Assembly: GCF_000025685.1 (NCBI RefSeq)
Contig: NC_013967.1
Location: forward strand, 1,050,001 to 1,082,000
DNA length: 32,000 nucleotides
Direction of reading: 5' to 3'
Origin: Haloferax volcanii DS2
GTDB lineage: Archaea > Halobacteriota > Halobacteria > Halobacteriales > Haloferacaceae
This document shows, piece after piece, positions 1 through 7,956 of this stretch. The position numbers and the translations under genes are program-made. The notes below the pieces were generated by a model that was given only the letters and a program-made list of their open reading frames with translations, did no database searches and was not told the DNA's origin. Numbering within the stretch: position 1 is the stretch's first letter; the number at the start of each line of letters is the position of its first letter.

Positions 1-838
1 GAGGACGCGAAGGCGGGTGAGATACGGCTTCAGAAGCATCGGAAGAACTGGGTACTGCACGTCACCGTCGAGTACCCGGTCGAAGAACCAGCGACGGGGT
101 GACGCCACGCACATCGGCTTAGACATCGGAGAAACCGCCCTCATCACGGGCTGTGCCCTCAAGGATGGTTCTCCGACTGATCCGTTCGTGTGTAGCGGAA
201 GCAGAGCGAAGCATCTCCGCAAAGAGATGCACACGACCCTGAAACGACTCCAAGAGCGTGACGCATCCGAGTGGCGGATTGAAGACCGATTCAGCCACTA
301 CCAGAACGCGCTCACCGACATCGTGGAGAAAGTGTCTCGGCAAGCCGTCGAGTACGCCCAACAGTTCGAGAACCCGGTGTTGGTGATGGAGGACTTAACG
401 TACATCCGTGAACGGCTTTACGGGAAGTACATGAACCGTCGCCTTCACTCGTGGGCGTTCGCCCGACTCCAAGGGCGCATCGAGGACAAGGCGACGGAAG
501 CAGGCATTCCGGTCGAGTACGTGAATCCGGCGTACACCTCGCAGACGTGCCACTCGTGCCACCGTATCGGTCGGCGGGACTCACAAGCCGAGTTCCGGTG
601 TCCGAACGACGACTGCCACGTTTCGACGTTTCAGGCCGACATCAACGCTTCCGCTAATATCGCACGACGGGTTGACCCGTGGGGAGAGAGCGTCCCGCTT
701 GACAAGGCGGAACGCGATGACTCGCCACGGGATGGGAGCAGTTGTGACACCGCCACGACTCACCGTGAGACGAGCGTACCAGCGCAGATGACGCTCACGG
801 CCTACGAAGAGTCGAAACCCTCTGCCAGCGACTACTGA
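1..838 (+). pseudogene. tnpB: IS200/IS605-family (IS1341-type) TnpB/OrfB RNA-guided endonuclease gene, 5' end outside the window and frameshifted
   Basis: Frame 1 (nt 1-99) reads EDAKAGEIRLQKHRKNWVLHVTVEYPVEEPATG and then hits TGA at 100-102. Frame 2 continues GDATHIGLDIGE... to the stop at 836-838. The RuvC-like motifs are present: IGLDIGE, VLVMEDL and FQADINASANIARR. So is the zinc finger CHSCH...CPNDDCH. One extra G in the run at 96-99 accounts for the frame change. Confidence 0.8.
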
Positions 839-862
839 CTGGTATTCCCCATGCGTGGGAAG

Positions 863-882
863 CCTCGCCGTTTACGGCGAGG
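863..882 (+). other. Perfect 8-bp stem with TTTA loop; candidate IS right-end / omega-RNA scaffold hairpin
   Basis: cctcgccg (863-870), ttta, cggcgagg (875-882) are exact reverse complements. A smaller ccca/tggg hairpin at 848-859 precedes it. Confidence 0.6.
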
Positions 883-963
883 AGGATGTCACCAGACGGG
901 TCTACTTACCTGACTGTCAGGTACCCCGCGAGGTTTTCACCCCGCATCTCCTTCAGGTAGGTA

Positions 964-2475
964 ATGAGCGGTCGCCCCCGGGTTCCACTGGTCTATCGCG
1001 TCGTCAGAGACCGGACGGCGCAGACCTCGCCGATTGCCGTGGTGCTTCTGTTAGCGATTACGGTCGCCGGGACGACTGCCGTCGTCGCGCTCGGCGGCCC
1101 CGCCCTCGACGAGACGAAACAGGCGTCCCAACTGACGCGCGCCGAGCACTCGATGACGCTGTTCGACTCGCGAGTCGCCATCTCCGCGCTCGGCGAGGGC
1201 GAAACGCAGTACGTCGACCTCAGCGGCACCGGCGGCGGCGCCTACGTCGTCGACGACGACAGCGGCTGGCTGAGCATCACGCACAAGAATCACACCGACG
1301 ACGGCGACGACCAACCGCTTTACAACGAGTCGCTCGGGAGCGTCGAGTACCGCAACGGCGACGCCCGCATCGCCTACGAGGGCGGCGGCGTCTGGCGCAC
1401 GCAGGACGGCGGCACGACGATGGTCTCGCCGCCGGAGTTCCACTACCGCGGGGCGACGCTGACGCTCCCGGTCGTCCGTGTCTCCGGCGACGGGTCGTCG
1501 TCAGGAGACGTGTCGGCGCGGGTCGCGGCGACCAAACGTGCCCGGAGCATCTATCCGAACGAGACGGCGGCGTACAACGAGACAGCGGGCAGTTACGACA
1601 ACCCGGTCAGCAACGGCACAATCGTCGTGACGGTCCACAGCGACCACTACCGAGGGTGGGCGGCGTTCTTCGAGTCGCGGAGCGAGGGGACCGTGACGGT
1701 CGACGACGCCAACCAAACCGCGAGCGTGGAGCTGGAGACCCTCGGCCTCGTCGGCGAGTTCCAGATGCCGAACGAGGGCACCTCGGTCGACGTGCGCGGA
1801 ATGGCCGGGAATCACAACGTCTCGGCGTTCACGCTCACGCTCTCGAACGACCAACACCTCCAGAACATGGAGTGGGGGATGTACTACGACGGCGACCAGC
1901 GCGACCTCGAACTCCACGTGCAGGCGGACGACAAGTGCAAGGGCGGTAGCTACGACGGCACGTTCGACCTGACGCTCTACTACGCCACCGAAGACGGCAA
2001 GTACCACGGCTGGCAGGCGACCGACCTCGACCCGGACACGAGCGACGCGGTGAGCATCGACTGCTCTGCGAGCAACCCCGAACTCAGCGTCGACTTCACC
2101 AGTTCGGAGACGATGACCTACGGTGACATTCAGTCGGACAAGGGCTTCGGTAACCAGAACAAGTGGCAGTTCGCCCCCGAAATCACGGACGGCGAGGCCT
2201 ACGACAGCGTCACCTTCGACGAGCACGCCGCCGACAGCGGCCAGACGTTCTCGAAAGCCGACGGCGACACCGCCCCGATGGCGTTCGTCGTCAACCACTA
2301 CTTCTCGCTCGCCGCCCCGCAGTTCGAACTGACCGTCACTGACGGGCCGGGCAACAGCCAGAGCGTCGACGAGTCCGGCTCGCGCGGCGAACTCGACTAC
2401 GACCAGGCCGAGGGCGGCCAGTTCATCACCTTCCTGCACGTCACGGAAAACGAGGTCGAAGTCGACGTCGAGTGA
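964..2475 (+). CDS. Large (503 aa) type IV pilin-like protein with archaeal class III signal peptide
   Basis: The N-terminus MSGRPRVPLVYRVVRDRTAQTSPIAVVLLLAITVAGTTAVVAL has a charged region, an R-x-A-Q motif and about 20 hydrophobic residues. The body is acidic and Thr/Asp-rich with at least 7 N-x-S/T sequons. It lies convergent to the pilus-like operon. Confidence 0.75.
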   Translation: MSGRPRVPLVYRVVRDRTAQTSPIAVVLLLAITVAGTTAVVALGGPALDETKQASQLTRAEHSMTLFDSRVAISALGEGETQYVDLSGTGGGAYVVDDDSGWLSITHKNHTDDGDDQPLYNESLGSVEYRNGDARIAYEGGGVWRTQDGGTTMVSPPEFHYRGATLTLPVVRVSGDGSSSGDVSARVAATKRARSIYPNETAAYNETAGSYDNPVSNGTIVVTVHSDHYRGWAAFFESRSEGTVTVDDANQTASVELETLGLVGEFQMPNEGTSVDVRGMAGNHNVSAFTLTLSNDQHLQNMEWGMYYDGDQRDLELHVQADDKCKGGSYDGTFDLTLYYATEDGKYHGWQATDLDPDTSDAVSIDCSASNPELSVDFTSSETMTYGDIQSDKGFGNQNKWQFAPEITDGEAYDSVTFDEHAADSGQTFSKADGDTAPMAFVVNHYFSLAAPQFELTVTDGPGNSQSVDESGSRGELDYDQAEGGQFITFLHVTENEVEVDVE

Positions 2476-2528
2476 GCGGGTCCGCCCGCCCACCCGACGG
2501 TCGCGGTCCGAGTCGGGTCCGGTTCGAC

Positions 2529-3299
2529 TCAGTCGGCGAACGTCATGTCGACCGACGTCGAGACGACGTGAACGCGGGCCGTCCCGTTCACGTAACACGA
2601 GACGCTCGGGTACGCGTCCGGCGGCTCAACCACATCGTCGCAGGTCACGTCGGGGCGGCTCGATAGCTCTCGTTCCCAGAGCGCCGCGCGCGGGGAGCGA
2701 ACGGTCAGGTTCACGTCGTACGAGCCCTCGGTCCGCGCGGCCAACACGTCGCTCATAGCCTTGTCGGCGCGGATGAGGAACGTTCCCGACCCGCCGACGG
2801 CGGTCGTCGCCTCCTCGTCGGGCCGCGTCACGAACGCCGGAATCAACACCCGCTCGTCGGTGAGCACAAGCGAGGGCCGCCGGACGAACGTCCCGGTGTC
2901 GCCGCGAGTCCGGAAGAGCGCGTCGAACGCGTAGACGACTCGCTCGTCGCTGGAATCGCTCTCGTAGACGATTGGCGACACCTCGTAGGTGTTGGTGAAG
3001 TTGACCGACGGGTCTCCCGTCCGCTCGCCGGAGACGACGAACTCGACGGGGCGGTCGAGCGTCAGGCTGGCGTCCTGAAGTTTCACCTCGGTCGCCCGAC
3101 TCGGCGCGCCGCGGTCGGCGATGTCCTCCATGTTGTCCCCGAGGATGTCGAGGGCGCGTTCGGCGTTGTTGACGCGCTCGACGTCGCGGGCGTCTTGGAG
3201 GCCGGTCATCCCGACGGCGGTGACGAGGCCGACCATCGAGAGGACGATGGCGAAGACGAAGACGAACCCGAGCGTGTCGCTCACGGCGCGATTGCTCAC
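2529..3299 (-). CDS. Pilin-like protein (256 aa), last gene of the pilus-like operon
   Basis: GTG start at 3299 overlaps the upstream stop as GTGA. The N-terminus MSNRAVSDTLGFVFVFAIVLSMVGLVTAVG matches the archaeal pilin N-terminal pattern (R-A-V-S followed by a hydrophobic helix). Confidence 0.75.
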   Translation of the reverse strand: MSNRAVSDTLGFVFVFAIVLSMVGLVTAVGMTGLQDARDVERVNNAERALDILGDNMEDIADRGAPSRATEVKLQDASLTLDRPVEFVVSGERTGDPSVNFTNTYEVSPIVYESDSSDERVVYAFDALFRTRGDTGTFVRRPSLVLTDERVLIPAFVTRPDEEATTAVGGSGTFLIRADKAMSDVLAARTEGSYDVNLTVRSPRAALWERELSSRPDVTCDDVVEPPDAYPSVSCYVNGTARVHVVSTSVDMTFAD

Positions 3300-3805
3300 G
3301 ACGCCACCTCCACGCCCGACGATGGGTCGTAGGTGATGGTCACGTCGCCGCCGTCGACCCGGCTCGCGGCCAGCGAGGTCTCCGTCTCCACGGAAACGCG
3401 GACTGTCACCTCGGGGTCGGTCGAGGTAAGTACGAGTTCGTTCGACGCCGGCAGCACCTCGATGGTGTATGTCGTGCCGGCGACTCGCGGCGGCAGCCGA
3501 ACCCTCGCCTCGACCCGCGACTCGCCGGGGGCGGCCCCGATTCGGTCGACCGATTCGATGCCGGCCGCGAGCCGGTTGCCGACGACGTCGAGTTCCGTCT
3601 CCGTGACTCGCTCGCGTTCGTCGGAGACGAACCCGCCGGCGGCGACCATCAACCCCGAGATGAGGACGACCGTGATGGTGAGCGTGAGGACGTAGCCGAG
3701 CGCCGTCGAGACGCCGCGGTCGGTCGAGCGGGGCCGAGCGCGGCTCACGCGCCTCTCGCGCCGAGCGCGGTCAGCCCGGTCGCCCGGAAGCGTCGGCGGC
3801 GTCAC
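3296..3805 (-). CDS. Pilin-like protein (169 aa)
   Basis: GTG start at 3805 overlaps the upstream stop as GTGA. After an Arg-rich leader comes DRGVSTALGYVLTLTITVVLISGLMVAAG, a class III signal-like motif plus hydrophobic helix. Confidence 0.7.
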   Translation of the reverse strand: MTPPTLPGDRADRARRERRVSRARPRSTDRGVSTALGYVLTLTITVVLISGLMVAAGGFVSDERERVTETELDVVGNRLAAGIESVDRIGAAPGESRVEARVRLPPRVAGTTYTIEVLPASNELVLTSTDPEVTVRVSVETETSLAASRVDGGDVTITYDPSSGVEVAS

Positions 3806-4797
3806 GCAATCTCACCCGGCGCGACCCGAAGCTCTCGGGAGACGTACATCTCGCCCGACTCGTAGACGTACGAGACGGTGACGGCGTACAGCGCCTCCTG
3901 TGCGACCGGCGACGACCCGCTTCCCGCGGGTTCGTACTTCGTCGCGTCGAAGACCGTGGCGTTCGTCTCGTTCACGTACAGTTCGTAGGACCCCTCGGCC
4001 TCCGACGCATTCCGATACGAGACCGTGACCGAGCCGTCGAGGTCGGTGTGGACCGCGTCGAGCGGGTCGCAGGCGGTCCCGTTGAGTCGGCCGTCGGCGA
4101 CGTCAATCGTGACGTAGTCACCCGCGTCGGCCGCGACGCTACAAGTCGTCTCCACGCCACCGGCGTCCTCGACGGCCACGAAGACCCGAGACGAGTCCCG
4201 GTAGACCGCGGTTTCGACCGCGTTCGTCTCGTCGTCGACGACGAGGTGGAACGACGACGCGTTCGACGTCGAAAGCGAGTCGCGCGAGACGTTGAACCGG
4301 ACGCCGCGAACGCCGACGTCGCTCGCGAGCGTCCAGTCGGCCGTCTCGTTCCCGTCCGTGAAGTTCCGCGCCGCGTCGGGCTGGGAGATTCGCGTGCCTC
4401 GGACGTGGCTGACACGCTCGGCGTCCGTCGCGGCCCCCCTGACCGCGGCGAGCGTCGCGGCCGCGTCGCTCCAGTTGCCGAACGCTTCGTCGAACGAACC
4501 GGCGAGTTCGCCGTACGTGCCGCCCTCGCGGTTGACCTCGTCGAGGAGCGTCCCCGCTCCCGCCTCGACTGCGCCGCCGTGATTCACCGCGCCGTCGAGG
4601 TTCGTGTCGGTCGTGCGCGTGGCGAGGTTTTCGGTGTAAATCGCGGTGTTGAGCGTCAGCGCGAGGCCGACGAGGAGCACCGCGATTGCGAGCGCGGCGA
4701 CGAGCATCAGCTGGCCGCGGTCGTCGCCGCCGAGACGTGGGGAGTCGTCAGCCGCGTCGCTCGCGCGCTCGAACGCGTCGTCGGTCACATCCGCCAT
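3802..4797 (-). CDS. Pilin-like protein (331 aa), heavily sequon-decorated
   Basis: ATG at 4797 overlaps the upstream gene by 13 nt. DDRGQLMLVAALAIAVLLVGLALTL is an archaellin/pilin-type R-G-Q motif plus hydrophobic helix. There are 9 N-x-S/T sequons: NWS, NFT, NET, NVS, NAS, NGT, NAS, NET, NAT. Confidence 0.75.
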   Translation of the reverse strand: MADVTDDAFERASDAADDSPRLGGDDRGQLMLVAALAIAVLLVGLALTLNTAIYTENLATRTTDTNLDGAVNHGGAVEAGAGTLLDEVNREGGTYGELAGSFDEAFGNWSDAAATLAAVRGAATDAERVSHVRGTRISQPDAARNFTDGNETADWTLASDVGVRGVRFNVSRDSLSTSNASSFHLVVDDETNAVETAVYRDSSRVFVAVEDAGGVETTCSVAADAGDYVTIDVADGRLNGTACDPLDAVHTDLDGSVTVSYRNASEAEGSYELYVNETNATVFDATKYEPAGSGSSPVAQEALYAVTVSYVYESGEMYVSRELRVAPGEIA

Positions 4798-5417
4798 ACG
4801 ACCACCTCCACGTCGACGACGGCGTAGAGCGGTCCCGCGCTCCCGTCCTGTATGAAGTACGTCTCGTCGGTCTCGGCGGCGACCGATTCGAGCGTCGTCG
4901 TCGTCTCGACCGCGCGGGGGTCGCCGCCCGGCGACGTGCCCGGTTCGGTCAGCGCGTCGTCGTCAGTGAGCGTCACGAGTCGGGTCCGCGAGACGGCGTG
5001 GTCGCTCGGCTCGCCCATGTACACGAGGCGAGTCGTCCGCCTGACCTCCCGGTCGCGCAGGTAGTGCAGGTAGACGTTGAACGCGATGCCGCGGTCCAAG
5101 AAGGACTCGTCGAGCATCTCCCCGAAGGCGGTCGGCGGGCCGCCGTCGACGTAGTAGCCGCGCGCGTCGATATCGTAGAAGCTCCCGTTTTCGGGGTGCG
5201 TGAACAGCACCGTTCGCTTCAGCGCGCCGGTCTCGGCGGCCGCCGTCAGGACGCCGTCGGCGACGGCGGCCTGCTGGTTTTCGATGTGTTGGCTCGACGT
5301 GCTCGCGGTCAGGGGCGTCACCGCGGTCACTTGCAGCGCGAACGTGACGCTGGCGAGAAGCACCATCGCGGCGACGATGGCTTCGAGCGCGTGGGCCTGT
5401 GCGCGGGACACGGTCAC
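4785..5417 (-). CDS. Pilin-like protein (about 210 aa); internal GTG start chosen
   Basis: The ORF-track entry 4785..5804 has an Arg/Pro-rich N-terminal 128 aa that overlaps the upstream gene and looks non-coding. GTG at 5417 forms a GTGA overlap with the upstream stop and yields VTVSRAQAHALEAIVAAMVLLASVTFALQV, an R-A-Q motif plus hydrophobic helix. Confidence 0.65.
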   Translation of the reverse strand: MTVSRAQAHALEAIVAAMVLLASVTFALQVTAVTPLTASTSSQHIENQQAAVADGVLTAAAETGALKRTVLFTHPENGSFYDIDARGYYVDGGPPTAFGEMLDESFLDRGIAFNVYLHYLRDREVRRTTRLVYMGEPSDHAVSRTRLVTLTDDDALTEPGTSPGGDPRAVETTTTLESVAAETDETYFIQDGSAGPLYAVVDVEVVVWRM

Positions 5418-5914
5418 CACACCCTCACCGATAGCTCGTGGAGGTCGCCGTCGAGGAGAACGGCCCGCCGGGCGGTGACGACGCTCCGGGTGGTCGGGAC
5501 CGGCTCGCCGGTCGTCTCGACGACGCTTCTGTTCTGTGAGAGCGTGACGTTGAGCCCGTAGGACGCGCCGATGCCGGTCGCGGTGTTGGGGTCGGCGCTG
5601 CCGTAGTCGCAGTCGCCGGGGGGCTCGTCGGGCGAGTCCCCGTCGAAGAACGCCTCGGTACAGACCGGGTCGAGCACGTCGGGGTTCTCGTCGTCGACGA
5701 GCAGGCGCTGGGTGAGCGAGTCGGCGGCGCGGTTGGCGACAAGCGGGCGGTCCTGTTCGGCCTCGAAGGGGTCGAGAATCTGCGGGATGGTGCCGACGAC
5801 CCACGCGACCGCGAGGAGGAAGATGCCGACGCCGACGGCGAAGTCGATGGTCGTCTGGGCGCGGGCGCTCCGACCGCTCGTCTCGCGGGCGTCGTCGCCG
5901 CCGCGTCGCCGCAT
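5414..5914 (-). CDS. Pilin-like protein (166 aa); internal ATG start chosen
   Basis: ATG at 5914 overlaps the TGA (5916-5914) of the upstream membrane-protein gene by 1 nt. The N-terminus MRRRGGDDARETSGRSARAQTTIDFAVGVGIFLLAVAWVVG has an A-R-A-Q motif plus hydrophobic helix. The longer track ORF (to 6694) is an off-frame overlap of the upstream gene. Confidence 0.7.
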   Translation of the reverse strand: MRRRGGDDARETSGRSARAQTTIDFAVGVGIFLLAVAWVVGTIPQILDPFEAEQDRPLVANRAADSLTQRLLVDDENPDVLDPVCTEAFFDGDSPDEPPGDCDYGSADPNTATGIGASYGLNVTLSQNRSVVETTGEPVPTTRSVVTARRAVLLDGDLHELSVRVW

Positions 5915-7956
5915 CAGCCGACCACCATCCACACCGCGAGCGACAGCGTCTGGAGGATGACGACGAACTTGACCCCCGACTGGAGGTCCGCGTTGCGGAT
6001 GTAGCCGCTGATGAACCCGGACAGCATCGCCTGGATGGTGACGCCGTGGAAGAACAGAAGCGACAGCAGGTCGGGGTCGATGCCGCCTCCGAAGCTCGGG
6101 CCGCCGGTCGTCGCGCCGCCGGAACTCGACGCCTGCGACGAGAGCCCGGCCATCACGTCGAGGAACTGCGTCTTTAGGATGGCCATCACCGCGAGCAGCG
6201 TCACGTACGTCATGAGGATGATGGCGACCTGCATCCGGGTCCGCGAGATGCGCTCGCGCTCGATGTCGTCTTGGTTCTCGGAGGCTTGGGCGGCGGTCGT
6301 CAGCACCTCGGTAATCTGGCTCGACGCCTCCTGTGCCTTCGTGATGAGTTTGACCGTCCGGGCGAGCCGCGGGATGTGGTATTTGTTGTTGAACTCGACG
6401 AGCGCCTCCTTGAGGCTCATCCCGTAGTGGACCTTCGCGTGCATCACCTCGAACTCGTCGGCGAGTTTCCCAGAGGAGGTGTCGGAGACGGTCTTGATGG
6501 ATTCGAGGAGCGTCTGGCCGGTGTCGTTCGCGCTCGACAGCTTGCGGAGGTTGTCGGAGAGCTTTCCGGTGATGGCCGCCCGCGAGTGGACGTTCCACTC
6601 GTGGAAGGCGGTCAGCGGCACCGCGACGAGGTAGACCGGGACGTAAAACCAGATGAACGTCCCCCAGACGGGGTTGGCAATCATCCCGTCCCACGTCGTC
6701 GGGGCGGCCCCGCCGGCGACGGAGACGCCGAGGAGCGCGAGCGCCGCCGGGACCGTCAACGCGAGGGTGAAAAGCGGATGCCGCTTGAAAAACAGGTGCG
6801 GGCGGCGCAGGAGCTCTCTCGTCTTGAACGTCCCCTCGCGGGACTTGATGCGCGAAAAGAGGCTGAACTCGCCGACGTAGCTCTCGACGAGCCCCATGTG
6901 GACGAGGCCCTCGCGCTGTTGGCCTTGCAGGCGGTCGCTCTCGTCGTCGGGGCTGAGAAAGCCGTCGCCGATTTCGTCCTGTTTAACCGTCGAGACGAGG
7001 ACGAGAAAGCCGACGCCGGTCAGCGGGATGAGCCCGTAGACGGTCGCGTACAGCAGCCTCGACTGAGCCTCACCGAGCATGCTCATGATGACGAGGATGA
7101 TGATGAGAAGCAGCGGAAACAGCGACAGCGTCATGTACATCTCGCCGAACAGCTCCATCGTCTCCAGCGTCTGTTCCTGCTGTTGTTTCGCGGTTCGGAG
7201 GTGCTTGTCCTTCTTGTCGTCGAGGAAGCCCTGCATGTCGCCGCCGGAGTTGACGATAGAGAGCATGTCCGTCAGGAACTGCGAGAGCTCGTCCGAGGGG
7301 GTCAAAAGCGCCTGCTGGCGGATGGCGTTGCGGTAGTCGGTCCCGAAGTACTCCGTCTCCTGGACGATGCTCTGGAACTCCCGAGAGACCTCGCCGTAGG
7401 TGTCTTCGGCGCGGGCCATCGCCTCCAGAATCTCCAGTTGGTTCAGCCCGCCCACCGAGAGGGCGTACATGAACGAGACGGCGTCCGACAGGAGCATGTT
7501 TATCTCGCGTTTGCGGGCGGACGCCGTCGAGTACGGGATGGCGACGAGGGTCCCGAACCCGCCGGCGAAGCCGAGCGACCCGAAGACGAGCCCCGAGACG
7601 ACGACCGCCGCGGGCATCGCGAGCGACCGAAGCGTGTCCGCCGTGGCCTCGCTCCCGACCGGAATCCCGAGGCTCACCGAGTCCGCCGAGACGAGCCCGA
7701 GCGCGAAGACGCCGTAACCGACGAGCATCCCGACGAGCCACGACACGAGCCCGACGAGCACGCCGACCGCGAGCGCTCGCGAGAGGTAGAGTTCGACGGT
7801 GTCGGGCATCCGGGCCTGCTGGAGTTTCGTTTCGATGTCGGAGACGAACTCCCCGTCCTCGTCGAAGAGGAGCTGAAACAGCGGGTAGAACGCGTCGCCG
7901 AGGGTGTCGGTACTGCGGTCGAGTCCGCCCGAGGTCCTCGAGTCGAGATTGCTCAT
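5914..7956 (-). CDS. Polytopic membrane platform protein of the TadC/FlaJ/PilC (type II secretion system F) type, 680 aa
   Basis: Multiple long hydrophobic segments alternate with two soluble helical regions, as in FlaJ/TadC proteins. The ATG at 7956 directly abuts the TAG (7957-7959) of the ATPase gene. Confidence 0.8.
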   Translation of the reverse strand: MSNLDSRTSGGLDRSTDTLGDAFYPLFQLLFDEDGEFVSDIETKLQQARMPDTVELYLSRALAVGVLVGLVSWLVGMLVGYGVFALGLVSADSVSLGIPVGSEATADTLRSLAMPAAVVVSGLVFGSLGFAGGFGTLVAIPYSTASARKREINMLLSDAVSFMYALSVGGLNQLEILEAMARAEDTYGEVSREFQSIVQETEYFGTDYRNAIRQQALLTPSDELSQFLTDMLSIVNSGGDMQGFLDDKKDKHLRTAKQQQEQTLETMELFGEMYMTLSLFPLLLIIILVIMSMLGEAQSRLLYATVYGLIPLTGVGFLVLVSTVKQDEIGDGFLSPDDESDRLQGQQREGLVHMGLVESYVGEFSLFSRIKSREGTFKTRELLRRPHLFFKRHPLFTLALTVPAALALLGVSVAGGAAPTTWDGMIANPVWGTFIWFYVPVYLVAVPLTAFHEWNVHSRAAITGKLSDNLRKLSSANDTGQTLLESIKTVSDTSSGKLADEFEVMHAKVHYGMSLKEALVEFNNKYHIPRLARTVKLITKAQEASSQITEVLTTAAQASENQDDIERERISRTRMQVAIILMTYVTLLAVMAILKTQFLDVMAGLSSQASSSGGATTGGPSFGGGIDPDLLSLLFFHGVTIQAMLSGFISGYIRNADLQSGVKFVVILQTLSLAVWMVVG

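Larger units (their letters stand above)
1..890 (+). mobile_element. Right-hand portion of an IS200/IS605-family insertion sequence (right boundary approximate)
   Basis: A tnpB body is followed by two small hairpins (848-859 and 863-882) within 45 nt of the stop codon, the arrangement expected for the structured right end of this IS family. No tnpA is visible in the window. Confidence 0.55.

Noticed and set aside
855-1949. 364-aa Arg-rich ORF overlapping the 503-aa pilin-like gene in another frame
   Set aside because: It is a poly-Arg/Pro low-complexity product. The overlapping frame has a class III signal peptide and acidic composition.
2510-2530. 6-bp inverted repeat (gagtcg/cgactc) between the convergent pilin-like genes as a bidirectional terminator
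   Set aside because: The stem is short and has a 9-nt loop. It overlaps the stop codon of the minus-strand gene and has no adjacent T-run. The evidence is too weak to annotate.
5418-6694. Long N-terminal extensions of the track ORFs 4785..5804 and 5414..6694
   Set aside because: The extensions are Arg/Pro-rich, overlap the upstream genes out of frame, and lack signal-peptide logic. Internal GTG/ATG starts give start-stop overlaps and place the class III signal at the N-terminus.
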